A stretch of DNA of 11,661 nucleotides from positions 1 through 11,661 of the forward strand of contig JAEOTB010000071.1 of NCBI GenBank assembly GCA_016840065.1. Reading direction: 5' to 3'. Positions 1 to 8,443 of this stretch are shown here, in pieces; positions within the stretch are counted from its first letter, which is position 1; the number at the start of each line of letters is the position of its first letter. This DNA is from Candidatus Hermodarchaeota archaeon. Its GTDB lineage: Archaea; Asgardarchaeota; Hermodarchaeia; Hermodarchaeales; Hermodarchaeaceae. Both the position numbers and the translations under genes were made by a program. The notes beneath the pieces are model-generated. The model searched no databases, had not been told where the DNA came from, and saw only the letters and a list, made by a program, of their open reading frames with translations.

Positions 1-311
1 CCTGAAAGGATGAAAGTGGAGAAGAAAAGAATGAAGAGGATGCTGACATAGGCGATCACAATGCCTAGACCAATCATCGGGGGCCAAAAGGTTCTACACT
101 CTATTTTACTCCCTCTTTCTTCTGGGAGTATTCGGAATCTGATGTTCTTCGCAATCGATTCTGCAGTGATTCCCCACCAAACTCCATGCTCAATTTCTAG
201 CCCAATGGGGGGGCGGTCCTTAGCGATGCTACACCCTTCCTCAAGGGCGATTCGCTTCAATTCCACATAGGTCTCTTCAGGTGCGAGAATTGTCTTGATT
301 TCCTGCAGCAA
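1..311 (-). CDS. Hypothetical membrane protein, 5' part (runs off the left edge; not in ORF track)
   Basis: Manual translation of the minus strand is open from TTG at 311 (alternative TTG at 326/329) to base 1: MLQEIKTILAPEETYVELKRIALEEGCSIAKDRPPIGLEIEHGVWWGITAESIAKNIRFRILPEERGSKIECRTFWPPMIGLGIVIAYVSILFILFFSTFILS... It has a clear TM helix and a GGTGG RBS-like motif upstream of the TTG. Confidence 0.7.
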   Translation of the reverse strand, partial: MLQEIKTILAPEETYVELKRIALEEGCSIAKDRPPIGLEIEHGVWWGITAESIAKNIRFRILPEERGSKIECRTFWPPMIGLGIVIAYVSILFILFFSTFILS

Positions 312-420
312 AAGAAGGCCACCCAACAAATACAGGACTGGTCGAGTATATTTTTCTATTTTTCCTTGTAGGCAATTACTGTCCAAAAAGGGCTTAGAGA
401 ACTCGAAATTACCTGGTTTT

Positions 421-972
421 CTAGTAAAATTGGGGAGATAGAAACCGTGTCAGAGCACAAATCACGGCATCTCGTAAAATCGTTGTACGAGTCAATTTGC
501 CTTGAGTCAACACACCAATCACCCCAACTCCCTGGAAAAGGTTCTCCCCACCTAGAGTGTCATCGATTAACTGCTTGAAAGCATCGCTGGTGGGATCAAG
601 CTTCGCAACAAGCTCAGAGGGGAGTTGAAATCCTGATGAGCTGCCCAACCCTAACTCATCAGCCTTTAGCACCGCGGCAAAACCAAGAGCGAGCTTGTAT
701 TGATCCACAGTGATGATGCCCGCCTCAATGCCTACAGAAAAGTCCGCATCAGAAACTGCCAAAGCGGCTCCACGAACTCTTGTAAGGGCCCCCTGCAAAG
801 TTTCAGCCCCAGATGTGGGAACAGGTTTAACACCTGAAGAAACCTTTACACCCCTCACCTCTATAGCATCAAAATAGATTGAGAAGGCTTGCCGTGCCGC
901 CTCTACCTTCACCGGATTTTCTGAACCAACTACTACCTGCAAATTTTTCGCCTCCAGACCCTGCAATTTCAT
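421..972 (-). CDS. yjjX: Non-canonical purine NTP phosphatase (inosine/xanthosine triphosphatase, YjjX/NTPase_I-T family)
   Basis: Family motifs VVVGSENPVKVEAARQAF, SGV..P....ET..GA..R, VGIEAG and GVIGVLTQGKLTR. Start placed at ATG 972 (M22 of the track ORF) rather than 1035. Confidence 0.88.
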   Translation of the reverse strand: MKLQGLEAKNLQVVVGSENPVKVEAARQAFSIYFDAIEVRGVKVSSGVKPVPTSGAETLQGALTRVRGAALAVSDADFSVGIEAGIITVDQYKLALGFAAVLKADELGLGSSSGFQLPSELVAKLDPTSDAFKQLIDDTLGGENLFQGVGVIGVLTQGKLTRTTILRDAVICALTRFLSPQFY

Positions 973-1199
973 AGAATAAAAAATGAATGCCCATAAAGAA
1001 ACGGCGTTTCCACCAAGAAAGAATATAACGGTCAATTATCGAGCAACATACCCCTTTTTTAAGGAGAAAACCGATATTTCCCTTTAGAATCGTGAATTGC
1101 CGAATTATCTCATTCCCATGATACAAAAGAGATAAAAAGCGAACGCGGGTCTTGCGGAGAAGTCACATGACACTTTCGGCAAAAATGGAGTAGCCTTTG

Positions 1200-2249
1200 A
1201 TGAAACACGTTGGTATTTTAGGCTTCGGCGGATATATTCCCAAGTACCGCATCTCCGTCGAGGAAATTGCCCGGGTCTGGGGCAAAGATGGCAAAGCAAT
1301 CAGTCGAGGATTGAACCTGGAAGAAAAAAGCGTCCCAGGTCTCGACGAGGATACAACTACAATTTCTGTTGAGGCAGCACGCAACGCCATGAAATGTGCT
1401 CAGATTGATTCCCAGCGCATTGGCGCAATCTTTGTTGGTTCCGAGTCACATGTCTATGCAACAAAACCAACTGGAACAGTGGTGGCTGAAGCCATCAATG
1501 CGCCCAATAATATCCAGTGTGCTGATTTCTCCTTCGCCTGTAAGGCAGGAACTGCAGCCATCCAGGTATGTATTGGCTTGGTCAAGTCAAAGGAAATCGA
1601 TGTGGGTTTAGCCATCGGTTCAGACACAGCTCAGTCCAAACCAGGAGACGCACTGGAATACGCAGCAGCCGCTGGTGGTGCAGCCTTCCTCATTGGAACA
1701 GGAAAAGATTGTGTCGCCAAATTCGAAGGTACCTACTCCTATACAAGTGATACGCCGGATTTCTGGCGCAGGGAAGGAACAGATTTCCCAGAACACGGTT
1801 CACGGTTCACCGGAAAACCCGCTTACTTCCGTCATGTTCACCAAGCAGCTCTCGGACTCATGAAGAAGCTCAAAACCAAGCCTGAAGAATACGACTGGGG
1901 AGTCTTTCACTCACCGAACGGCAAGTTCCCAAGACGCGCAGCCAAAGCCCTTGGCATCCCCGAGGAGAAAATCAAGCCCTCCCTTGTTGTAGACAGAATC
2001 GGGAATACCTACGCCGGTAGTTCTCCCCTCGGTTTGGCAGCAACCCTTGATATAGCCAAACCTGGTGACCGCATACTCATGGTATCCTATGGCTCAGGCG
2101 CAGGGAGCGACGCCTTCAGCATCGAGGTTCTCGAACCCTTACTGGAGAAGCGAGAACACATGCCCAAGGTGGAAGACTATATCCAAGACAAAGTCAGCAT
2201 CGACTATGCAACGTATGCGAAACACCGCCGAACAATCAAAGTGGAGTGA
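1200..2249 (+). CDS. Hydroxymethylglutaryl-CoA synthase, archaeal type
   Basis: ~350 aa. [16 protein letters not shown] (catalytic Glu), FACKAGT (catalytic Cys), FHSPNGKFP (His), IGNTYAGS and [18 protein letters not shown] upstream. First gene of the thiolase/DUF35 cluster. Confidence 0.95.
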   Translation: MKHVGILGFGGYIPKYRISVEEIARVWGKDGKAISRGLNLEEKSVPGLDEDTTTISVEAARNAMKCAQIDSQRIGAIFVGSESHVYATKPTGTVVAEAINAPNNIQCADFSFACKAGTAAIQVCIGLVKSKEIDVGLAIGSDTAQSKPGDALEYAAAAGGAAFLIGTGKDCVAKFEGTYSYTSDTPDFWRREGTDFPEHGSRFTGKPAYFRHVHQAALGLMKKLKTKPEEYDWGVFHSPNGKFPRRAAKALGIPEEKIKPSLVVDRIGNTYAGSSPLGLAATLDIAKPGDRILMVSYGSGAGSDAFSIEVLEPLLEKREHMPKVEDYIQDKVSIDYATYAKHRRTIKVE

Positions 2250-3430
2250 AAAAGAAAATGACTGATCCCAAAGATAGAGTCGCTGTAATAGGTATAGGAC
2301 AAACAAAGTTCGGGGAGCAATGGGATAAGAGTATCCGCCGTATCACCCTCACCGCAGCAGGAGCCTGCCTCGCAGACGCAGGCGTTGGAGGCGTGGATAT
2401 TGACGGGCTCTACGTAAGCAATACATCGACAAGCTCATTCATTCAGCAAGAACACCAAGCTGCCATGGCTGCAGACTCTGGGGGACTACTGCCAATTGCC
2501 TCAACCGAAGTAGAAGCAGCCTGTGCAAGTGGAGGTGTCGCAGTTCGCCACGCTTACATGGCAATAAAATCAGGCGAACACAAAGTAGTAATGGTGATTG
2601 GCTGCGAGAAAATGAGCGACATCTCAGAACGGGCAATCGCCGACACACTCATGAGTGCAGCAGACCGGGAATGGGAAAGCCAAATCGGAGCCACATTCCC
2701 CGCCCTATTCGCTCTTCTCGCCCGCCGCCACATGATGCACTATGGAACCACTGAAGAGCAGTTAGCCGCAGTCCCGGTCAAAGCCCACGCCAACGCTGTA
2801 AATAATCCCAACGCTCAATTTCGGTTTAAAGTAAGCATTGACCAAGTTCTCCGAAGCGCCCTTGTTGCCGACCCCCTGCGCGTATTTCACTGCGCCCCAA
2901 TATCGGATGGAGCAGCCGCACTAATTCTCTGCCGAGGTGACCTTGCTGAAAAATTCAGGGGAGAACCTGTCTGGATAAATGCCTCAACTCAAGCTTCTGA
3001 TACCCTTGCTCTTCATAGTAGACCCCATCTCACAACCTTCCGTGCCGTTAAACACGCAACAAAAATGGCCTATGACAAGGCCAAAGTCGAACCAAAGGAC
3101 ATCGATGTACTGGAACTTCATGACTCCTTTAGCATCAGCGAAATAATGGCCGTAGAAGATGTTGGGATTGTCGAGAAAGGTAAAGGCGGCTTCGCCATCG
3201 AGGAAGGATACACCTCTATGAAAGGAGAAAAGCCTGTCAATCCTAGCGGAGGACTCAAAGCAAAAGGCCATCCTGTTGGTGCAACAGGTATAGCACAAAT
3301 CGGTGAACTAGTTGAACAGCTCCGCCACACTGCTGGTCCCCGCCAAATCGAAGGTGCCAAAACTGCTCTCGCCCTAAACCTTGGCGGTACAGGCTCCACT
3401 GCAGTAGTTCACATACTTAGTAAGGAATGA
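2246..3430 (+). CDS. Acetyl-CoA acetyltransferase (acetoacetyl-CoA thiolase, archaeal type)
   Basis: EAACASGG (nucleophile Cys), [23 protein letters not shown] and C-terminal NLGG typical of archaeal thiolases. GTG start overlaps the HMGCS stop (GTGA); alternative ATG at 2258. Confidence 0.95.
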   Translation: MKKKMTDPKDRVAVIGIGQTKFGEQWDKSIRRITLTAAGACLADAGVGGVDIDGLYVSNTSTSSFIQQEHQAAMAADSGGLLPIASTEVEAACASGGVAVRHAYMAIKSGEHKVVMVIGCEKMSDISERAIADTLMSAADREWESQIGATFPALFALLARRHMMHYGTTEEQLAAVPVKAHANAVNNPNAQFRFKVSIDQVLRSALVADPLRVFHCAPISDGAAALILCRGDLAEKFRGEPVWINASTQASDTLALHSRPHLTTFRAVKHATKMAYDKAKVEPKDIDVLELHDSFSISEIMAVEDVGIVEKGKGGFAIEEGYTSMKGEKPVNPSGGLKAKGHPVGATGIAQIGELVEQLRHTAGPRQIEGAKTALALNLGGTGSTAVVHILSKE

Positions 3431-3451
3431 AGCCCAAAGGAGAAAACCAAG

Positions 3452-4030
3452 ATGAGTGATCAAAGCGTTCCAATGCTCTGGCGACGAATAAGACACCGCT
3501 ACAACCTAGTCGGTCGTCATTGTAAAACCTGCGACTCAAAATACTTCCCGCCAATCCCCCTCTGCAGGAAATGTAGAAGAAAAAGCGATCTTGTAGATTT
3601 CCAATTTTCTGGTCTAGGAAAAATCTACTCTTACACGATTATTAGGGATCCCCCCACGGGTTTCAGGGATCTCGCCCCATACGCTATCGCGATGATCCGC
3701 CTCGACGAGGGACCACTAGTTCTTTCCCAAATCGTTGACACGAAATTTGAAGACCTTAGAATAGGGATGAGTGTCCAAGTGGTCTTCCGCCGAATAGGTG
3801 ACGCAGGTCGAACCGGGGTCCTTCACTACTCCTACAAATTCAAGGCATTACCAGAATATGCAACAGGATACGTCATCGGAACAGTTGATGGCGAAGAGGG
3901 TGTCCAGCACATCCAAGTACCGGTTGAGGAGCGAGAGCGAACATCAGTTCGGAGAACCATCCAAGAAGCCAGTGATGCGGTTCGTCGCAGGAAAGCCAAA
4001 GAACCAACAGATGAGAAATCTGAAGGCTAA
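3452..4030 (+). CDS. DUF35-family Zn-ribbon + OB-fold protein (scaffold subunit of the archaeal thiolase/HMG-CoA synthase complex) with charged C-terminal extension
   Basis: CKTC...CRKC zinc ribbon, then GKIYSYTII, PYAIAMIRLDEG, IGMSVQVVFRRI and YSYKF. AAGGAG RBS. Canonical gene context. Confidence 0.92.
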   Translation: MSDQSVPMLWRRIRHRYNLVGRHCKTCDSKYFPPIPLCRKCRRKSDLVDFQFSGLGKIYSYTIIRDPPTGFRDLAPYAIAMIRLDEGPLVLSQIVDTKFEDLRIGMSVQVVFRRIGDAGRTGVLHYSYKFKALPEYATGYVIGTVDGEEGVQHIQVPVEERERTSVRRTIQEASDAVRRRKAKEPTDEKSEG

Positions 4031-4089
4031 GAAAAGCCGTTTCATCCTTCCTACTCTTCTGGAAGAATCACTTTGCAGTGAGATGAACC

Positions 4090-4162
4090 TATAAATACAA
4101 GAGCCGTAAGAAATGTGGCATCACCTTCACAATACCATCTAATAATGGTATTACTTACCATT
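4090..4162 (+). promoter_or_regulatory. Putative TATA box (TATAAATA 4090-4097) followed by overlapping inverted repeats (operator-like)
   Basis: AATACCAT(4131-4138)-6 nt-ATGGTATT(4145-4152) is a perfect 8-bp IR. AATGGTA(4144-4150)-5 nt-TACCATT(4156-4162) is a perfect 7-bp IR. Both lie upstream of the acylase RBS. Confidence 0.45.
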
Positions 4163-4178
4163 GATCGGAGGTCTCAGG

Positions 4179-6629
4179 TTGTCCGAAGAGAGAAAATCCC
4201 CATGTTCCTGTAAATCGTTCGCGGTACTGATGATTGGTATATTGATTCTGGGTATGTTGATGAGTGTCGTACCTTGGGTGCAGCCCAACGGTGGTCTTTG
4301 GATGGACATTCACTGGGCAAACCACCCTACTACCGCTACTGAAGCGCTTCCAGGGCTTGACGGAGAAATCACGATAGTCCGTGATAACATGGGCGTCCCT
4401 CATATCTTCGCCTCAACCGAACACGACCTGTATCTTGCCTGTGGATACGTCCACGCACAAGATCGCCTGTTTCAAATCGATGTATTCAGACGTCTAGCCC
4501 AGGGTCGACTTTCAGAGATATTTGGTGAGAACTATTTAATCGACGACATCTTCTACCGCAGCATAGGCCTCAACGAGACAGCATATGATTCCTATCAACT
4601 ACTCTCCTCTAATGCCCAAGGTCTGATTCAAGCCTACGCTGAGGGATTCAATCTTTACCTTGAGAGAATAGGGAGTCGCGTACCCTTGGAAATCCGTGTG
4701 CTGGGGTATATGCCAGAGCCTTTCACCCCCACAGATGTGTTGGTTATGGAACGCTTATTCGCTTGGATGGTTTCAGGTTCCCAAGCCTTCCAAGACCTGG
4801 ACATGGCAGTTCTAGTTGACGCCCTAGGTAATGATTCAGTCTGGAATGAACTCTTCCCAGTTCAACGCTACAACGATCTCCCCACCGTTCCCTCACCTGA
4901 TGTAAAAACAGAAGAATCAGCGAAATTCCAATCAAGCCTTCTTGAAGCCGCCAAATCGCTTGCAGCTCAATACCGGGAAATCATAGCCGATGGTCCTCTA
5001 CCCTCTTCTCCGCTGGGCGGCAGCAACGCCTGGGTCCTAAACGGTAGTCTCACGGAATCAGGTTCCCCCATTCTCTGTGGAGATTCCCATCTTAACCTCC
5101 TCATTCCCACTTTCTGGTATGAGGTCCACTTGGTAGGAGCAGGCCACAATATACGTGGCATCACACTACCTGGGTTCCCCTTTATCATGCAGGGTTACAA
5201 CAGCCATCACGCCTGGAGCTTTACAGCAATGAATTCTGATGATGCTGACTTTTACTACTATCTCTGGGACACAAGCGACCGAGATAGTTACTGGTGGCAG
5301 GGAAGCTGGAACTCAATAAATCAAGTTGAAGTTACAATCAACACGATCCAGGGGGGAATACTCACACCATACAACTACTTCTTCAACACCACAGTCCATG
5401 GTCCCCTATTTGACCAAGCGGATGGACGTTTCGCACTGAAATGGAATGGAAATAATGGGTCTCGGGCAGCTGAAGGATACCTCAATATTACCCGGGCATC
5501 AACCTATTCTGCCTTCGAAAACGCCCTAACAGCCCTTGACAATCCTAGCCTTAACTACCTCTATGCTGACACCTCAGATAACATCGCCTACCACGCCACT
5601 GGTCTACACCCCATCAGACCAGCAGGTGGAGGACCAACCCCCATGAACGGATCCGCTGGCACACATGAATGGCAGGGATTCATCCCATTTGTAGAACTAC
5701 CTCAGAGCTATAATCCATCCACTGGTTATCTGGTTAATGCGAATAACCGTCCAGTCAACTCTTCCTATCCCTATTACCTAGGATACACATTTGCTCCCGC
5801 CCACAGGGCTCAAAGAATAACAGAGCTGATCAATGACTCTACAGACCAAACAGTAGCAGACATGAAGTCAGTCCAGCTGGATGCCTACTCTCTCCAAGCT
5901 GCAGCTCTCAAAGACCTCATAGCGAGTGTTGTCCTCAGCGGCGTAACATCGACAAGCCACCCCCTGGTCCATGAGGCAGCCACCGAGCTTCAGAGCTGGG
6001 ATTGCCAAATGGTCACGACCAGTGTAGGTGCAACGATCTGGGCTAACTTTTACCAAATATACCGACAGGCCACTTTTGGAGATGAATACACAGATGCTGG
6101 TCTCCCAGAGGGACCTTTCCCAGACACCTCGGTGTTGGAGAATTTCACCCTAACCAATCACCCAACCTGGTTCAACAACATCAGCCAAGGCGGCACCCAA
6201 ACCCGTGATGACATAATACTGGAAAGTTTCATAGATTCCATCGGTGACCTCGAACGCCTTCTAGGAGCTAACATGGATTACTGGGAATATGGGAACGTAC
6301 ATGCCCTCGTCATCGATCACTCCATGGGCTCAACATTCCCCTATCTGAACGCCCCTGTAACTCCCATTGATGGCGGCGAATACACCGTGAACTACTGCCC
6401 TGGCTTCTATGTCAACACCGGTGCCACATGGCGACAAATCATCGACCTTGGCAACCCCGATCAGTCAGTGGGCGTCATCCCGGGGGGACAGAGCAGCAAC
6501 CCCTACAGTCTTCACTACATGGACCAGCTAGGTCTATGGATTGCAGGTGAATATCACTCCCTCAGCATCCCTGCAACACCAGGAACAGTAAGTAACCCCG
6601 AGTCCACCCTCACCCTTACACCAGCCTAA
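4179..6629 (+). CDS. Exported/membrane-anchored penicillin acylase family Ntn hydrolase (peptidase S45; penicillin/AHL acylase-like)
   Basis: N-terminal hydrophobic helix, then RDNMGVPHI, GYVHAQDRLFQ, GSNAW (nucleophile Ser, codon 5022-5024), DSHL, TVHGP, NANNRP and PGGQS...HYMDQL. Start reassigned to TTG 4179, 6 nt after GGAGGT (4167-4172); the track start is 4161. Confidence 0.93.
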   Translation: MSEERKSPCSCKSFAVLMIGILILGMLMSVVPWVQPNGGLWMDIHWANHPTTATEALPGLDGEITIVRDNMGVPHIFASTEHDLYLACGYVHAQDRLFQIDVFRRLAQGRLSEIFGENYLIDDIFYRSIGLNETAYDSYQLLSSNAQGLIQAYAEGFNLYLERIGSRVPLEIRVLGYMPEPFTPTDVLVMERLFAWMVSGSQAFQDLDMAVLVDALGNDSVWNELFPVQRYNDLPTVPSPDVKTEESAKFQSSLLEAAKSLAAQYREIIADGPLPSSPLGGSNAWVLNGSLTESGSPILCGDSHLNLLIPTFWYEVHLVGAGHNIRGITLPGFPFIMQGYNSHHAWSFTAMNSDDADFYYYLWDTSDRDSYWWQGSWNSINQVEVTINTIQGGILTPYNYFFNTTVHGPLFDQADGRFALKWNGNNGSRAAEGYLNITRASTYSAFENALTALDNPSLNYLYADTSDNIAYHATGLHPIRPAGGGPTPMNGSAGTHEWQGFIPFVELPQSYNPSTGYLVNANNRPVNSSYPYYLGYTFAPAHRAQRITELINDSTDQTVADMKSVQLDAYSLQAAALKDLIASVVLSGVTSTSHPLVHEAATELQSWDCQMVTTSVGATIWANFYQIYRQATFGDEYTDAGLPEGPFPDTSVLENFTLTNHPTWFNNISQGGTQTRDDIILESFIDSIGDLERLLGANMDYWEYGNVHALVIDHSMGSTFPYLNAPVTPIDGGEYTVNYCPGFYVNTGATWRQIIDLGNPDQSVGVIPGGQSSNPYSLHYMDQLGLWIAGEYHSLSIPATPGTVSNPESTLTLTPA

Positions 6630-6643
6630 AACAATTCAAAGAG

Positions 6644-7150
6644 ATGTATCGTGAAATGTCTACGCCTCGAGATAGTCTCCGCAGCTTCATCTACAAGGAA
6701 CATCATCCCGTTGCAGGCTTCCTGATATGTTTTTTCCTAGCGCTCCTCATCCAACTCATCGGCCAGGGTATATTCATAGCCATTGCCGGCGGTATTGCAG
6801 GTTTTCTCCTCAAACGTGATGTCAAAGCCATAATCATTACTTTTGCAGCTGGGACCTCAGTCTGGCTCCTCTTCTTCGGCATCCTATTCTTCCTCTACCC
6901 CCAAGCATCACTCGCCGCTTGGCTACTCCTCAGCCAGGTTTTCCCAGCACCCCAACTCCTCCTATCCCTCCTGGGCGGGCTAATCTGTGGGATTGGGGGA
7001 GAGATGGGAGTCATCGTTAGCGACTACTTCCAACCACCAGCAGAAATCACAATAAGGCCTAGACGAACACGCCCACCTGAACCACCAGCTGAACCTGCCC
7101 GCCGACGAAGGACAAAGCGAAGAAAACGAAAGAGGAAACGAAGCTCCTAA
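6644..7150 (+). CDS. Hypothetical integral membrane protein (about 4 TM helices) with Pro-rich linker and polybasic C-terminal tail
   Basis: Four Gly-rich hydrophobic segments. Tail RPRRTRPPEPPAEPARRRRTKRRKRKRKRSS. Starts 14 nt after the acylase stop; alternative ATG at 6656. Confidence 0.8.
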   Translation: MYREMSTPRDSLRSFIYKEHHPVAGFLICFFLALLIQLIGQGIFIAIAGGIAGFLLKRDVKAIIITFAAGTSVWLLFFGILFFLYPQASLAAWLLLSQVFPAPQLLLSLLGGLICGIGGEMGVIVSDYFQPPAEITIRPRRTRPPEPPAEPARRRRTKRRKRKRKRSS

Positions 7151-7229
7151 CAAAGGAGTAAGGGCTGAATTCTTTCCTCAAACAAAAAGAAAAAAAGGGC
7201 TTAGGGTTCCGGTTCTTTGAGGTCAGCCA

Positions 7230-7826
7230 ATGCCATCAGAAGATTCTCCCCTCACCGATGAATCCTCCCAACTGGATCAACTCCAACAAGCCCTAAGTGG
7301 AAAAGATCATCAAAAGCGGCTCGATGCCATACATGAGCTAGGACAGCTGGGACCAGCTGCCGTTCCTGTACTTCCACAACTTTACACCTCCCTCAAGGAC
7401 TCCAGCCCAGATATTCGCGCAGCTGCCGCCATAGCCGTGGGTTTCATCGGGTCCAAAAAATCTGTACCAGCTCTCCTCCCCCTCCTTGAGGATGAGAAAC
7501 AAGAAGTCAGGTTCCAAGCCATCAGCGCCTTGGCCTTCCTCTGTGACCCCCAGGTCGTCCAGCCCCTTCTTGAGCGCTTCGAAGTTGAGACACCCCTAAT
7601 CAAGGATCAGATCCTTCGTGCTCTCGGGCAATTGGGTGACACCTGTGCCTATCCTCTACTTGAGCGTGCCATAGCAGACGCTGACCCAAAGATACGCCGA
7701 GCCGCAGTGATAGGGTTTGGATTCCTCAAGGACCCACGCGCACGCCCCCTACTCAAACAAGCCACCGAAGACAAGGATAAACTGGTCTGCAGCGAAGCAA
7801 GGGAAGCTCTAAACCTTCTACCCTAG
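7230..7826 (+). CDS. HEAT-repeat protein (PBS lyase HEAT-like)
   Basis: ~31-aa repeats: LKDSSPDIRAAAAIAVGFIG, LEDEKQEVRFQAISALAFL, IADADPKIRRAAVIGFG, TEDKDKLVCSEAREAL. GAGGT RBS upstream. Confidence 0.9.
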   Translation: MPSEDSPLTDESSQLDQLQQALSGKDHQKRLDAIHELGQLGPAAVPVLPQLYTSLKDSSPDIRAAAAIAVGFIGSKKSVPALLPLLEDEKQEVRFQAISALAFLCDPQVVQPLLERFEVETPLIKDQILRALGQLGDTCAYPLLERAIADADPKIRRAAVIGFGFLKDPRARPLLKQATEDKDKLVCSEAREALNLLP

Positions 7827-8081
7827 AAGAAAAAACAACAAACCTGTGTTCCCAGATTGTCGGTCGGGGAGGCTTGTCAAGTACACGTTTCTTACGGTTT
7901 AGGCTAGAACTAGCTCTTTTCTATTTATGTTTATTTAAGAAAAATAATATAAAGTGGAAAAAACATCTATAGGTAGAGAAATCTGGTGAGGTAAGGCCAA
8001 CAAATCATTCCTGCTTGACACGCTTTTGAAAGAAAGAAAAGTGGAGAAGGATTTCCCCGCTGGATGGAAAGCTCGAAATGA

Positions 8082-8330
8082 CTAGCTTGCCTCGGCAACA
8101 CCCTCTGCCAACCGTCGACCCTTATCGGTTAACCTGTACCAAACATGGTAGACTCCACGATTCTCCTGGAGAACACCAGTCTGGGTGAGCCGCTTAAGGT
8201 GATAGGCAGCAGTTGAGGTAGGTATGTCGAGTTCCTTCGCGATTTCTCTAAGGAAGGCTTTGTCCTTCATAAGCTTACGCACGATCCTTCTCCGGGTGAC
8301 GTGCTGTAGTGCTTCTGCTTGTGTCAACAT
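8082..8330 (-). CDS. Winged helix-turn-helix transcriptional regulator (ArsR-like)
   Basis: ALQHVTRRRIVRKL...LREIAKELDIPTSTAAYHLKRLTQTGVL...WYRLTDKG is a typical ArsR/MarR-type wHTH. No Cys, so no Cys-type metal site. Confidence 0.85.
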   Translation of the reverse strand: MLTQAEALQHVTRRRIVRKLMKDKAFLREIAKELDIPTSTAAYHLKRLTQTGVLQENRGVYHVWYRLTDKGRRLAEGVAEAS

Positions 8331-8380
8331 CTTTAATCTGAATAATCATTTATTAAAACAAATATATAAGGGTTTCTATT
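8331..8380 (-). promoter_or_regulatory. Archaeal BRE/TATA element in the divergent wHTH / barrel-gene intergenic region, with palindromic candidate operator
   Basis: Minus strand reads GAAACCC-TTATATAT about 32 nt upstream of ATG 8330; the same bases read AAACAAA-TATATAAG on plus. AATAA-TCAT-TTATT (8341-8354) and TTTAAT-N14-ATTAAA (8332-8357) lie between the TATA and the wHTH start. Confidence 0.5.
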
Positions 8381-8443
8381 ACAGCCAAAAGCACCCAGAA
8401 AGAAAACGAAAACCACAAAAACAAGAAACTCCCTCAAAAACAG

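Noticed and set aside
61-270. 69-aa plus-strand ORF
   Set aside because: Shadow of the longer minus-strand membrane-protein ORF (1..311).
973-1035. Hydrophobic N-terminal extension on YjjX in the ORF track
   Set aside because: An upstream TTG in AT-rich intergenic DNA; family homology starts after ATG 972.
7230-7826. HEAT protein as the alpha subunit of the neighbouring prenyltransferase-beta-like protein
   Set aside because: The repeats are PBS-lyase HEAT-like rather than PFTA repeats. The protein is cytoplasmic, whereas the barrel is predicted to be extracellular.
7875-8020. TGTCAAG / CTTGACA inverted pair as ends of a MITE
   Set aside because: Only a 7-bp match, with no target-site duplication; expected by chance.
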